From positions 28,396,001 through 28,460,000 of the forward strand of contig NC_043018.1 of the NCBI RefSeq assembly GCF_006345805.1: a DNA stretch of 64,000 nt, in the 5' to 3' direction. Made by a program: the position numbers and the translations under genes. This DNA is from Octopus sinensis. Lineage: Eukaryota. Each line of letters begins with the position of its first letter. Positions within the stretch are counted from its first letter, which is position 1. The notes beneath the pieces are model-generated. The model was not told the origin of the DNA. It searched no databases and was given only the letters and a program-made list of their open reading frames with translations. Below are positions 13,580-26,413 of this stretch, piece after piece.

Positions 13580-13622
<43 letters not shown>

Positions 13623-13869
13623 TATTTCTTCTTATAAGCTAAAAGCTTATAATGATCACCACCGTGCAAATCACTAAGGAAAATAGTCTTCCTTATAATG
13701 GGGTATCTAAGCCCTCGACAGTAAAGAATAGACTTTCGCGCACCGAAAGCATATATATATATATATATAATATATATATATTATATATATATATATATAT
13801 GGGTGTGTACATGAATGTATGAATGTACGTATGTATGTGTATATATATCTATATCTATCTATCTATCAA

Positions 13870-13914
<45 letters not shown>

Positions 13915-13925
13915 CTCATTATGTA

Positions 13926-13973
<48 letters not shown>

Positions 13974-14007
13974 TATATTATATATATATACATATATATA
14001 TATATAG

Positions 14008-14145
14008 GGAGATTTTGCGAAAAAAACGAACACATGTGGTGTACAAAACAAACAGATGTATTAGTATAACGACCAGAAATAGAAAAAGTGTTTTACGTTT
14101 CGAGCCTACTCTCTTCTACAGAAGGGACACAGAAAACAAGGAGAT
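14008..14145 (-). repeat. Short non-coding repeat with an HHR-like motif (family C)
   Basis: ctgtagaagagagtaggctcgaaacgtaaaa on the minus strand. Homologues at 27.1, 41.9 and 54.6 kb. Confidence 0.65.
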
Positions 14146-14850
14146 ATAGATATCTATCTATATACGTACGTACGTACGTATGTATGTATGTATGTATGTA
14201 TGTATGTATGTATGTATGTATGTATGTATGTATGTATGTGTGTATGTAAGAATTCATGTAATATCGATGATATTATAAAAGAATGTGAAATTAATATTTG
14301 GATTTCGTTAAACTCATCAACTCGCAAATTGAACATAGTAAGCATTAAACCTGCGAACTGATGTGAAAATTTCTTCTGTATATATTGCTAGATTATCTTA
14401 TGATGTTGCATGGAATATACGTTTCCCTTTTGTGCTTCTTGTACAGTAAGACTTGTTATCCAATTTACAGAAAGTAAATTAACAAATTCTTCAAACTGAA
14501 TTGTGTGGCTTCTCTGCACGGAATACTCAGTAACATATAAAGAAAAGAGTGAATAAGATTTTTAAAGATGGGGTTTAAGTGAAAGAAAAGGAGAGAAAAA
14601 GATTGAGAGAGGAGAGAAGGATATGGGTAGCATACATGTAAGAGAGTGGGGTTGAAAGCTAATGAAAAGAAATGTGGGAATTAACAGGTCAAGCACAGAG
14701 AGAAGCGTGCATGCGCATACACGCATGTATATACATGGATATAATTATACATACATGCATAAATACATACACACATACACAGATATAACACAGATTTGCA
14801 TATGTAAACATATATAAATATATGTATATGTATATATATATATATTATAT

Positions 14851-14895
<45 letters not shown>

Positions 14896-15188
14896 TATAT
14901 ATATACATATATAAATTTAAAAATAAGAGATCTAAACAAATCTCAGTGCATTTTTAACTTCTGTTTATATATATATATTTTTTAATATATCTTCACCCGT
15001 GTGAAGTAAAACAACTGTTTCCTCTATATAATTCTATATCTATTTCTATCCATCTCGCTGTCTCTCTCTATCTATCTATCTAACTATTTCTCTCGACTGA
15101 CTTGAGTACCTAATTCACTGAATCTCAATTATTGCTTAAGTCATCAACCAAACCTATATTATATATATATATATAATATATATATAAT

Positions 15189-15305
15189 ATCACCGTGACC
15201 GACCAGGCTATCAGATGTAGCTACACATCGGTGGTCACAATGCATTTCGCATTGTTTTAGCCTTCAAATGACGCCACCCTCACTGGCTAAGCCGACAGAA
15301 AAAGA
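15189..15305 (-). mobile_element. 3' fragment of SINE family 3
   Basis: Matches 4200-4320. Confidence 0.75.
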
Positions 15306-15308
15306 GAA

Positions 15309-15676
15309 TGAAACAGTAATCGCTCGATAATGTAAAGTTGACAACAATCCCGAAACTAGTTCGAGCGTATCACTCAGACTTGAGAGGAAGGGATGGCCTC
15401 CCTTTGCAAATACTCCAAGGACACAGATATTGTGTCTAAAGCCAGCTAGAGACGAAGATCTCTTGGGGCTATAAAGCTACAGTAACACCCCCTCCCCAAT
15501 GTGGTTAGCCATGATAAGATGGCTTCTATACTTTACATTATCGAGCGATTACTGTTTCAATCTCATTCTGAGATTTAATTATGCTTACTGTTCGTTTTTC
15601 GACACCAGTGGCAGACGCCATTAGAAAAACTTATATCTATTTGCAAAGGAGCCTTCTCTTTCATCGCTACCTGGTG
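15309..15676 (+). mobile_element. Left part of a ~357-nt-period HHR-containing repeat (retrozyme/pLTR-like), split by the LINE insertions
   Basis: 15340-15540 is repeated at 26801-27000. 15309-15338 is a perfect 30-bp inversion of 15530-15559. Confidence 0.75.
15659..15676 (+). repeat. 18-bp target-site duplication tttcatcgctacctggtg (also 21226-21243 and 26763-26780)
   Basis: Three exact copies at the left, middle and right junctions of the LINE pair. Confidence 0.95.
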
Positions 15677-15930
15677 TTTTTTGAATTTTTCCTCGGCGTA
15701 TACCAATATTTTTCTGTTGCTGCAAATCGTTGTGTGAGTTCGTTTCCGTTTGTCTACTCTGTCGTGTTACAAGTAATATCATTGTTGAACTGTTTTTGAC
15801 CCAGTAATTTTCGCCCTTCGGGGTAGAAAATTTCTGTGTGCTGTTTTGTGTGAACTCTTAACCTGTATAGGTTATTTTTGGAAAAAAAAAAAATTCTCTT
15901 GTCATTTGTGACAAGTTTGTGTTGTCTAAT

Positions 15931-17439
15931 ATGGAATTAGACTTAAGTTCAAAAAAAGACTTTCCCGAGATGGGAGAAAGTATAACAACTGTTAAACAAA
16001 AGGAAACACAGACAAAACCCAGTTTTTCAGACGCCGTAGGTGGCGAAGTCGAAGAAATGGAGGTATCAATGGAAAGATTATTCAAGTTTAGATCGCTGGT
16101 GCAAAAAAGTGGTGAAGAAACACGATTGGTACCGCCCCCCGAAACTATACAAGCAATAAAGGAAAAAATGGTCACCTACAGGGTGTACAATATCAAGGAA
16201 AAACGAATGACCGACGTGAAAAACGAAATGGTCGAAAAGTGTATGGCTCCAATATGGAGTAAAGTTAGTCATGTCAACCGAGGTGCAAGAAGCGCTACAG
16301 TGGAGGCGCATTTTGAAACGGCGGAAGTAGCAAGGCAAATTTCGACACAAACGTTGAAAAACGAGAGTATAATACTGCTACCCTTATATTTAGGATGCAG
16401 AACCGCAAAAGTGACCCTAGAAGATATACCAACGGGCTACGACGTGATGTGGGCGGCAACAGCGGTCATTTTTGATGTTGAATCAAAATTGACAATTTTA
16501 AGTATGAAGAGAAAAATTGCAAAACACTGGAGAGGCCAGCAGCTGGAGATGATAATCCAGGCGGAAAATGCGACGTTGGAAAGCCTACCAGACAGAGTCT
16601 TCGTGGGGGAGGGGCACTCCATACGAGTTTCGGTGGAAGGACGCAGGCCCAGATGTTTTAAGTGCGGGCAAAAGGGCCACGTTCGCTCCGTTTGCACAAA
16701 AAAAAATAATGCGGGCAACGCCCCCCCACAAAACGCTGTGAAGAACGCAGAAAGCAGCAAAGTGGAGAAAAAAGTAACGGCTGGCGAAAACAAGGAGGAA
16801 AAAATAAACAGGTCGAACTCCAAAAAGGAGGAAGACAAGAACGAAATGCAAAATGAGAAAGGAAAGGATGAGGAAAATAATGCAACAAAAACAAATAAAC
16901 AAGAAGACATGGAATTTACGAACGTGTCCAACAAAAGGAAAAAATCCATCACCCCTGACTCCCCACCCGTATCAAAAAAAAAAAACAACGCAGACGAACA
17001 AATTAAAAATATTCTCCAATCCCACCCCGGCGGTACTACACTTATAGGCCAGCACTTTAACAAACCCCACCCCCCAACTGTAAAAGGGTTTAAACCCAAC
17101 GAAAAAATTATTGCATACACCACAAAGAACGTGAGAGTAGAAACATGGGTGAAAGCAAGTACGCTGATCAGGTGCTACAAAGCGACCGAGAAGGAAGCGG
17201 AGTGGCGATATGGAAGGGTCGGCGAAGAAGGATGGAAAGACAAAACCTTACAAAGCCACGTAAAAGCCGGCTTCATTAAGGATGTCACCCAGGAGGTGAC
17301 AACTGGGAAATTACCCGTTAGCCCGGCAGCCACACCAACCCAGAGCCCGGTGGCAACGCCGGTGAAACACCCAGCAGCAACGGCGAGTGGGGGGGAGACA
17401 GGCAGAAAGAATCTGTCAGGCTCCCTCTCGCAACCGTGA
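15931..17439 (+). CDS. LINE ORF1p, nucleic-acid-binding protein with a CCHC zinc knuckle
   Basis: Open ~502-aa frame from the first ATG. CFKCGQKGHVRSVC is followed by a Lys/Glu-rich region. Confidence 0.9.
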   Translation: MELDLSSKKDFPEMGESITTVKQKETQTKPSFSDAVGGEVEEMEVSMERLFKFRSLVQKSGEETRLVPPPETIQAIKEKMVTYRVYNIKEKRMTDVKNEMVEKCMAPIWSKVSHVNRGARSATVEAHFETAEVARQISTQTLKNESIILLPLYLGCRTAKVTLEDIPTGYDVMWAATAVIFDVESKLTILSMKRKIAKHWRGQQLEMIIQAENATLESLPDRVFVGEGHSIRVSVEGRRPRCFKCGQKGHVRSVCTKKNNAGNAPPQNAVKNAESSKVEKKVTAGENKEEKINRSNSKKEEDKNEMQNEKGKDEENNATKTNKQEDMEFTNVSNKRKKSITPDSPPVSKKKNNADEQIKNILQSHPGGTTLIGQHFNKPHPPTVKGFKPNEKIIAYTTKNVRVETWVKASTLIRCYKATEKEAEWRYGRVGEEGWKDKTLQSHVKAGFIKDVTQEVTTGKLPVSPAATPTQSPVATPVKHPAATASGGETGRKNLSGSLSQP

Positions 17440-17462
17440 GTAAATAATTTTCTTTTTTCTCG

Positions 17463-20400
17463 ATGATTAAGTTAGGTTGTATAAATGTGCGTGGAATGGG
17501 ATCGAAATGGAAACAGGCTTGTTTTCGTGACGACCTCATTTCACATAGAATCGAAGTAGCTATTGTTACCGAGTCCAAGATGAAGGACCCCAAGCGTTCT
17601 CACCACTTCTCAATGGTTACGAGAAATTTATTTCTCCTAGCCGAGGGGGAGGTGCAGGCGTGGCAGTTCTTTTCAGGAAGAACTTGGACTTACAGGTAAG
17701 TACTGTCTTTTTGGACCCAGAAGGTAGGCTGGTTGTCCTAGATGTGACGCACGTGAGTAAGCAGTCCTTCAGGTTGGTGGCTGTCTACGCTCCTAACGGA
17801 CGTGGGCAGACCGGTTTTTATCGGGAACTGGAGCACTTTCTAGTGACGTCCAAAACGGTAGTCTTGGTAGGGGATTTCAACACCATTCTCGATGCGCGGG
17901 TGGATGGTGTAGGCTCGAGCGATAGGAAGGGGAATCCTGGCCTCAAGGCTCTACTAGCGAGCTTTAATCTAGTAGACCGTTTTCGACTGGATGAGCCGAA
18001 CGTTCCACAGTGGACGTGGAGTAATAACGACGGCTCACTCAGATCGTACATAGATAGAGTATTTGTTAAGGAACGAGATAGGAATAGTGTTAGCTGTCCA
18101 CAATTCTCTGTTGTGCCTTACACGGATCACAAACTTGTAACGTGTGAGGTACATGTAGATAAATGCCATAGACAAGGTCCCGGGTACTGGAAGATGAACA
18201 AGTCTATTTTGACCTGTGAAGCTTTCCGTACCCGGATTAAGGAATTAGTACAGAGGGCATTATGTGGCACCATCATTAATAATAGATGGTGGCTCGCCCT
18301 CAAAAGAGCCATCCGTTTGGAGTCCATTAGATTTAGCAAGCAGCTAAGTTTAGATAGGACTAGAATAGAGGGCGAATTAGTTAAGAACTTAGACGAGGCT
18401 ATGGAATCTGGCTGTGCATCCGGAGTGTTGGCAGCGAGAGCGGTATTGTACCGTCACCTCAACGCCAAGCACGAGGGGTGTAGAGTCAGAGCTAAGTTAC
18501 GTGCAGGAAAACGAGAAGGTATTAACGTTGCCGGATGGGCCCGTCGTGAGGAGAGTCAGAAGGGCAAAAAGTCCTGTATTATGTCCTTAACTGACGAGCA
18601 GGACCGCAAGATCTATGGACAGGAGGAGATGCAGAAGGTCCTTCACCAGCATTTCGCACGGCTGTTGGGGGCGGTGGCCCGCTCGAGCGTGGGGAGACCT
18701 TAAAGGACTTCCTAGCTGGTGGGCCTCGGCTCTCGGCAGGTGAGGCGGAGTGCTGTGAAGGATCGATCTCTCCCGCAGAGGTAAGAGGGGTTATGGCCGA
18801 GTGCGCCGGGGAAAAGTCACCGGGATTGGATGGTCTACCCTATGAATTTTATTGTTGTATGCCGGACTTGTTCGGGGACATACTGGCAAGCGTCTATGCA
18901 AACTGGCAACAGAATGGGAGGATTCCCAGCTCTGTGAGTCGGGGAGTTGTGACGCTGGTCCAGAAAGACCCGAGCAAGGGGGACAGTATTAGTAATTACA
19001 GGCCCATAACTCTACTTAATGTAGAGTTTAAGATTTTGGCCAAGGTGTTAGCAAAAAGGTTGACGGCTGTCGTGAAGAAACTTGTCGGGAAGGCACAGAC
19101 ATGTGCAATCCCAGGCAGGTCGATCCAGGATAATCTTCACCTTCTCCGCTACACTATAGATAGGGTCGGGAAATTAGACGGCAAAGGAGGGGCATTGGTC
19201 CATTTAGACCAAAGTAAAGCGTTTGATAGGGTGGACCATCGGTACTTGGCGGCGGTTCTCGAAGCGGCTGGGCTGGGCCCTGGCTTCTGCGGGTGGATCT
19301 CAGCTATGTACAGCGGCATCAAGTCCACAGTCCAGATAAACGGTTACCTAACGGAGCCGTTTTCGATCAAGCGTTCAGTTCGACAAGGGTGCCCCTTGTC
19401 CCCGCTCCTGTATGTTTTGGCTCTTGAGCCATTGCTGCGGAAGCTGGAGAAGTGGGAGGCAACCCTAATGAAATCGGATGCGGTAAGTCTGTTTCTGCCT
19501 ATGCGGATGACGTCACCCTCATCGTGTCCAACGGAACACAGCTACCTCGGGTAGTAGGTGCTCTCCATAGATACGAAGCGGTGGCAGGGGCAAAAGTTAA
19601 CAGGGACAAGTCCATCGGTTTGCGCCTCGGCACCTGGAGGAACAAGCAGATACCGTCCAGTGTTGTTGGACACTGGACGGATGGTCCTGTTAAATTGCTC
19701 GGAGTATGGTTTGGTCCAGACTCCCAGACGGAGAAGAATTGGAGCGAGGTAACGAGCAAGGTGGATGCCATAGTACGGAAGTGGTCCGGAAGGCATCTTT
19801 CCTTGAAAGGGAGGGCGGAGGTGGCACAGATGTTTATAGCCTCTGTCGTCACCTACCGCCTGACCGTCGTGCCTTGCCCCGATTCGTGGTTAAACAAGTT
19901 GGAACGACTTCTTTTCCGCTTTTTGTGGAAAGGAGGAAAGCCACTTGTGAGACGCTCCGTGTGTTGCCAGGAACCGCTAAAGGGTGGACTGGGGATGCCT
20001 TGGCTAATGATGCGCAAGCATGCGTTGAGGCTGAGACACCTCTGGTGTTACCTGGAGGATGATAAGGTGTGGAGTTCGCTGGCAGAGGAATTCTTCCCGC
20101 GACCGGCCTCTATGGAGGGATTTACACCCGGTCTCATTAAAGGACGTAAACTGACTTCATGGCAGAAGGAGTGCCGACAGGCACTCTGGCTGATCCACAA
20201 GATGGGTAAGGCCGGCAGCGGGAATACCACCTCGGTGTTCTATAAAGGGCTGGTAGGAGGAAAAAATGACGACGTCCTAGGAAGGGCTCTGGGGTTCGAT
20301 GAGGATCAACTCTCCAACCTGTTTAAGAAGACTTTCAGGCCGGGGTATTTGGATAATTACCAAAAATCCCTGACCTGGCAGTGCTATAGGAATGCATTAC

Positions 20401-20849
20401 CTGTTCGCGAGAAGTTATCCAGGCACGGAATGTCAGTGCCACCGACGTGTCCAAGATGTGGGTTGGACGATGAAACCGTTCAACACGCTTTTGTACAATG
20501 TCGGGAGCTGTCAGGCTTGATAAGTTACGTGGAACACGTGTTGTCGCATCTGGGACGAGTACAGCTGTCGGCTGGATCTATGATTAAGATGATACCGCCA
20601 ACTGGACTCTCAAAGGAAGGTAAGGCTTGTTTTTACTGTACGGTGGCAGTATTGAAAGAGTGTGTATGGAGAACTAGAGTGGAAGGTCTAGTGAAAGGGT
20701 CCTTTATCTCTGGCCCCGGTTTGTTAAAATACTTCGGATATCATCTGAAGAGCAAGATGGGGTTGGAGAAGAGGAGCATGCCACAGAAAGAGTATATGGA
20801 ACGTTGGAAGGATGTGATGAGAAAGGTGGGTGAGAGTAACCCAGCTTAA
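17463..20849 (+). CDS. LINE ORF2p (APE endonuclease, RT, C-terminal CCHC) with three 1-nt frameshifts
   Basis: Motifs INVRG, VYAPN, VGDFN, IDRVF, TDH, KSPGLDG, YRPITLLN, DQSKAFDRV, RQGCPLSP, YADD and CPRC..ETVQHAFVQC. Restoring one base each at ~17586, ~18665 and ~19452 from copy 2 gives ~1129 aa. Confidence 0.92.
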
Positions 20850-21016
20850 TCATCGAGGAAAGGAAAATCAGCTGCTGGGATTTATAGGCTGCCGGGTTCA
20901 AAATTGAAACTGGTACCTCCCATTACCTTTCACTGTACATAACTGTTTAAAATAAAGAATTAATAATAAAAAAAAGAAATGAAAAGAAAACATACGCACT
21001 AAAAGTTCTCGTGATA

Positions 21017-21099
21017 AAGGCAAAAGTAAGCCAGGTTTCGTTTCAAGGCAAAGTAAGCCAAGGTTTCGTTTCAAGGCAAAGTAAGCCAAGTTTTCGTTC
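21017..21099 (+). repeat. ~28-bp tandem repeat in the LINE 3'UTR (3 units; 2 units in copy 2 at 26582-26636)
   Basis: Unit aaggcaaagtaagccaggtttcgtttc. Confidence 0.85.
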
Positions 21100-21497
21100 A
21101 AGTGACATAAAATTTTAATTTTGTAATTTTTTAAATTTCATTCGAACTCGCATAGCATTTTTGTAACTGTTTTGTCCTGTAATGTATCCATTCTATGTTA
21201 GATCTATTGATCATAATAAAGAAAATTTCATCGCTACCTGGTGTTTTTTGAATTTTTCCTCGGCGTATACCAATATTTTTCTGTTGCTGCAAATCGTTGT
21301 GTGAGTTCGTTTCCGTTTGTCTACTCTGTCGTGTTACAAGTAATATCATTGTTGAACTGTTTTTGACCCAGTAATTTTCGCCCTTCGGGGTAGAAAATTT
21401 CTGTGTGCTGTTTTGTGTGAACTCTTAACCTGTATAGGTTATTTTTGGAAAAAAAAAAAATTCTCTTGTCATTTGTGACAAGTTTGTGTTGTCTAAT

Positions 21498-23005
21498 ATG
21501 GAATTAGACTTAAGTTCAAAAAAAGACTTCCCGAGATGGGAGAAAGTATAACAACTGTTAAACAAAAGGAAACACAGACAAAACCCAGTTTTTCAGACGC
21601 CGTAGGTGGCGAAGTCGAAGAAATGGAGGTATCAATGGAAAGATTATTCAAGTTTAGATCGCTGGTGCAAAAAAGTGGTGAAGAAACACGATTGGTACCG
21701 CCCCCCGAAACTATACAAGCAATAAAGGAAAAAATGGTCACCTACAGGGTGTACAATATCAAGGAAAAACGAATGACCGACGTGAAAAACGAATGGTCGT
21801 CGAAAAGTGTATGGCTCCAATATGGAGTAAAGTTAGTCATGTCAACCGAGGTGCAAGAAGCGCTACAGTGGAGGCGCATTTTGAAACGGCGGAAGTAGCA
21901 AGGCAAATTTCGACACAAACGTTGAAAAACGAGAGTATAATACTGCTACCCTTATATTTAGGATGCAGAACCGCAAAAGTGACCCTAGAAGATATACCAA
22001 CGGGCTACGACGTGATGTGGGCGGCAACAGCGGTCATTTTTGATGTTGAATCAAAATTGACAATTTTAAGTATGAAGAGAAAAATTGCAAAACACTGGAG
22101 AGGCCAGCAGCTGGAGATGATAATCCAGGCGGAAAATGCGACGTTGGAAAGCCTACCAGACAGAGTCTTCGTGGGGGAGGGGCACTCCATACGAGTTTCG
22201 GTGGAAGGACGCAGGCCCAGATGTTTTAAGTGCGGGCAAAAGGGCCACGTTCGCTCCGTTTGCACAAAAAAAAATAATGCGGGCAACGCCCCCCCACAAA
22301 ACGCTGTGAAGAACGCAGAAAGCAGCAAAGTGGAGAAAAAAGTAACGGCTGGCGAAAACAAGGAGGAAAAAATAAACAGGTCGAACTCCAAAAAGGAGGA
22401 GACAAGAACGAAATGCAAAATGAGAAAGGAAAGGATGAGGAAAATAATGCAACAAAAACAAATAAACAAGAAGACATGGAATTTACGAACGTGTCCAACA
22501 AAAGGAAAAAATCCATCACCCCTGACTCCCCACCGTATCAAAAAAAAAAAACAACGCAGACGAACAAATTAAAAATATTCTCCAATCCCACCCCGGCGGT
22601 ACTACACTTATAGGCCAGCACTTTAACAAACCCCACCCCCCAACTGTAAAAGGGTTTAAACCCAACGAAAAAATTATTGCATACACCACAAAGAACGTGA
22701 GAGTAGAAACATGGGTGAAAGCAAGTACGCTGATCAGGTGCTACAAAGCGACCGAGAAGGAAGCGGAGTGGCGATATGGAAGGGTCGGCGAAGAAGGATG
22801 GAAAGACAAAACCTTACAAAGCCACGTAAAAGCCGGCTTCATTAAGGATGTCACCCAGGAGGTGACAACTGGGAAATTACCCGTTAGCCCGGCAGCCACA
22901 CCAACCCAGAGCCCGGTGGCAACGCCGGTGAAACACCCAGCAGCAACGGCGAGTGGGGGGGAGACAGGCAGAAAGAATCTGTCAGGCTCCCTCTCGCAAC
23001 CGTGA
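21498..23005 (+). pseudogene. ORF1 of copy 2, frameshifted as assembled
   Basis: Fragments 21536-21898, 21793-22572, 22413-22613 and 22697-23005 match copy 1 ORF1. Confidence 0.85.
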
Positions 23006-23027
23006 GTAAATATTTTCTTTTTTCTCG

Positions 23028-26000
23028 ATGATTAAGTTAGGTTGTATAAATGTGCGTGGAATGGGATCGAAATGGAAACAGGCTTGTTTTCGTGACGACC
23101 TCATTTCACATAGAATCGAAGTAGCTATTGTTACCGAGTCCAAGATGAAAGGACCCCAAGCGTTCTCACCACTTCTCAATGGTTACGAGAAATTTATTTC
23201 TCCTAGCCGAGGGGGAGGTGCAGGCGTGGCAGTTCTTTTCAGGAAGAACTTGGACTTACAGGTAAGTACTGTCTTTTTGGACCCAGAAGGTAGGCTGGTT
23301 GTCCTAGATGTGACGCACGTGAGTAAGCAGTCCTTCAGGTTGGTGGCTGTCTACGCTCCTAACGGACGTGGGCAGACCGGTTTTTATCGGGAACTGGAGC
23401 ACTTTCTAGTGACGTCCAAAACGGTAGTCTTGGTAGGGGATTTCAACACCATTCTCGATGCGCGGGTGGATGGTGTAGGCTCGAGCGATAGGAAGGGGAA
23501 TCCTGGCCTCAAGGCTCTACTAGCGAGCTTTAATCTAGTAGACCGTTTTCGACTGGATGAGCCGAACGTTCCACAGTGGACGTGGAGTAATAACGACGGC
23601 TCACTCAGATCGTACATAGATAGAGTATTTGTTAAGGAACGAGATAGGAATAGTGTTAGCTGTCCACAATTCTCTGTTGTGCCTTACACGGATCACAAAC
23701 TTGTAACGTGTGAGGTACATGTAGATAAATGCCATAGACAAGGTCCCGGGTACTGGAAGATGAACAAGTCTATTTTGACCTGTGAAGCTTTCCGTACCGG
23801 ATTAAGGAATTAGTACAGAGGGCATTATGTGGCACCATCATTAATAATAGATGGTGGCTCGCCCTCAAAAGAGCCATCCGTTTGGAGTCCATTAGATTTA
23901 GCAAGCAGCTAAGTTTAGATAGGACTAGAATAGAGGGCGAATTAGTTAAGAACTTAGACGAGGCTATGGAATCTGGCTGTGCATCCGGAGTGTTGGCAGC
24001 GAGAGCGGTATTGTACCGTCACCTCAACGCCAAGCACGAGGGGTGTAGAGTCAGAGCTAAGTTACGTGCAGGAAAACGAGAAGGTATTAACGTTGCCGGA
24101 TGGGCCCGTCGTGAGGAGAGTCAGAAGGGCAAAAAGTCCTGTATTATGTCCTTAACTGACGAGCAGGACCGCAAGATCTATGGACAGGAGGAGATGCAGA
24201 AGGTCCTTCACCAGCATTTCGCACGGCTGTTTGGGGGCGGTGGCCCGCTCGAGCGTGGGGAGACCTTAAAGGACTTCCTAGCTGGTGGGCCTCGGCTCTC
24301 GGCAGGTGAGGCGGAGTGCTGTGAAGGATCGATCTCTCCCGCAGAGGTAAGAGGGGTTATGGCCGAGTGCGCCGGGGAAAAGTCACCGGGATTGGATGGT
24401 CTACCCTATGAATTTTATTGTTGTATGCCGGACTTGTTCGGGGACATACTGGCAAGCGTCTATGCAAACTGGCAACAGAATGGGAGGATTCCCAGCTCTG
24501 TGAGTCGGGGAGTTGTGACGCTGGTCCAGAAAGACCCGAGCAAGGGGGACAGTATTAGTAATTACAGGCCCATAACTCTACTTAATGTAGATTAAGATTT
24601 TGGCCAAGGTGTTAGCAAAAAGGTTGACGGCTGTCGTGAAGAAACTTGTCGGGAAGGCACAGACATGTGCAATCCCAGGCAGGTCGATCCAGGATAATCT
24701 TCACCTTCTCCGCTACACTATAGATAGGGTCGGGAAATTAGACGGCAAAGGAGGGGCATTGGTCCATTTAGACCAAAGTAAAGCGTTTGATAGGGTGGAC
24801 CATCGGTACTTGGCGGCGGTTCTCGAAGCGGCTGGGCTGGGCCCTGGCTTCTGCGGGTGGATCTCAGCTATGTACAGCGGCATCAAGTCCACAGTCCAGA
24901 TAAACGGTTACCTAACGGAGCCGTTTTCGATCAAGCGTTCAGTTCGACAAGGGTGCCCCTTGTCCCCGCTCCTGTATGTTTTGGCTCTTGAGCCATTGCT
25001 GCGGAAGCTGGAGAAGTTGGGAGGCAACCCTAATGAAATCGGATGCGGTAAGTCTGTTTCTGCCTATGCGGATGACGTCACCCTCATCGTGTCCAACGGA
25101 ACACAGCTACCTCGGGTAGTAGGTGCTCTCCATAGATACGAAGCGGTGGCAGGGGCAAAAGTTAACAGGGACAAGTCCATCGGTTTGCGCCTCGGCACCT
25201 GGAGGAACAAGCAGATACCGTCCAGTGTTGTTGGACACTGGACGGATGGTCCTGTTAAATTGCTCGGAGTATGGTTTGGTCCAGACTCCCAGACGGAGAA
25301 GAATTGGAGCGAGGTAACGAGCAAGGTGGATGCCATAGTACGGAAGTGGTCCGGAAGGCATCTTTCCTTGAAAGGGAGGGCGGAGGTGGCACAGATGTTT
25401 ATAGCCTCTGTCGTCACCTACCGCCTGACCGTCGTGCCTTGCCCCGATTCGTGGTTAAACAAGTTGGAACGACTTCTTTTCCGCTTTTTGTGGAAAGGAG
25501 GAAAGCCACTTGTGAGACGCTCCGTGTGTTGCCAGGAACCGCTAAAGGGTGGACTGGGGATGCCTTGGCTAATGATGCGCAAGCATGCGTTGAGGCTGTG
25601 AGACTGAGACACCTTTACCTGGAGGATGATAAGGTGTGGAGTTCGCTGGCAGAGGAATTCTTCCCGCGACCGGCCTCTATGGAGGGATTACACCCGGTCT
25701 CATTAAAGGACGTAAACTGACTTCATGGCAGAAGGAGTGCCGACAGGCACTCTGGCTGATCCACAAGATGGGTAAGGCCGGCAGCGGGAATACCACCTCG
25801 GTGTTCTATAAAGGGCTGGTAGGAGGAAAAAATGACGACGTCCTAGGAAGGGCTCTGGGGTTCGATGAGGATCAACTCTCCAACCTGTTTAAGAAGACTT
25901 TCAGGCCGGGGTATTTGGATAATTACCAAAAATCCCTGACCTGGCAGTGCTATAGGAATGCATTACCTGTTCGCGAGAAGTTATCCAGGCACGGAATGTC

Positions 26001-26413
26001 AGTGCCACCGACGTGTCCAAGATGTGGGTTGGACGATGAAACCGTTCAACACGCTTTTGTACAATGTCGGGAGCTGTCAGGCTTGATAAGTTACGTGGAA
26101 CACGTTGTCGCATCTGGGACGAGTACAGCTGTCGGCTGGATCTATGATTAAGATGATACCGCCAACTGGACTCTCAAAGGAAGGTAAGGCTTGTTTTTAC
26201 TGTACGGTGGCAGTATTGAAAGAGTGTGTATGGAGAACTAGAGTGGAAGGTCTAGTGAAAGGGTCCTTTATCTCTGGCCCCGGTTTGTTAAAATACTTCG
26301 GATATCATCTGAAGAGCAAGATGGGGTTGGAGAAGAGGAGCCTGCCACAGAAAGAGTATATGGAACGTTGGAAGGATGTGATGAGAAAGGTGGGTGAGAG
26401 TAGCCCAGCTTAA
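23028..26413 (+). pseudogene. ORF2 of copy 2, frameshifted as assembled
   Basis: Fragments 23028-23813, 23882-24595, 24600-25601, 25636-26151 and 26105-26413. The breaks differ from those in copy 1. Confidence 0.88.

Larger units (their letters stand above)
8548..13580. mobile_element. Truncated PLE with a microsatellite-bloated 3' region and a ~1.4-kb inverted arm
   Basis: ~8550-9930 is inverted at ~12120-13515. A GIY-YIG C-terminal relic lies at 11847-12118 (-). There is an HHR near each end. Confidence 0.75.
15677..21225 (+). mobile_element. Full-length Tx1/L1-clade non-LTR retrotransposon, copy 1
   Basis: 5'UTR, gag-like ORF1, APE-RT ORF2, and a 3'UTR ending aataaagaaaa. Bounded by the 18-bp duplication. 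Confidence 0.95.

Noticed and set aside
15640-15700. Target being a true U1, U2 or 7SL gene
   Set aside because: Only 6-10-nt matches; the flanks do not continue as any snRNA or SRP RNA.
16437-17123. Antisense 228-aa ORF (and similar ones) inside the LINE
   Set aside because: Shadow of the A-rich ORF1 strand, with Phe/Ser-rich low-complexity composition.
21017-21099. CRISPR-like short repeats
   Set aside because: Contiguous tandem units without spacers in a eukaryotic LINE 3'UTR.
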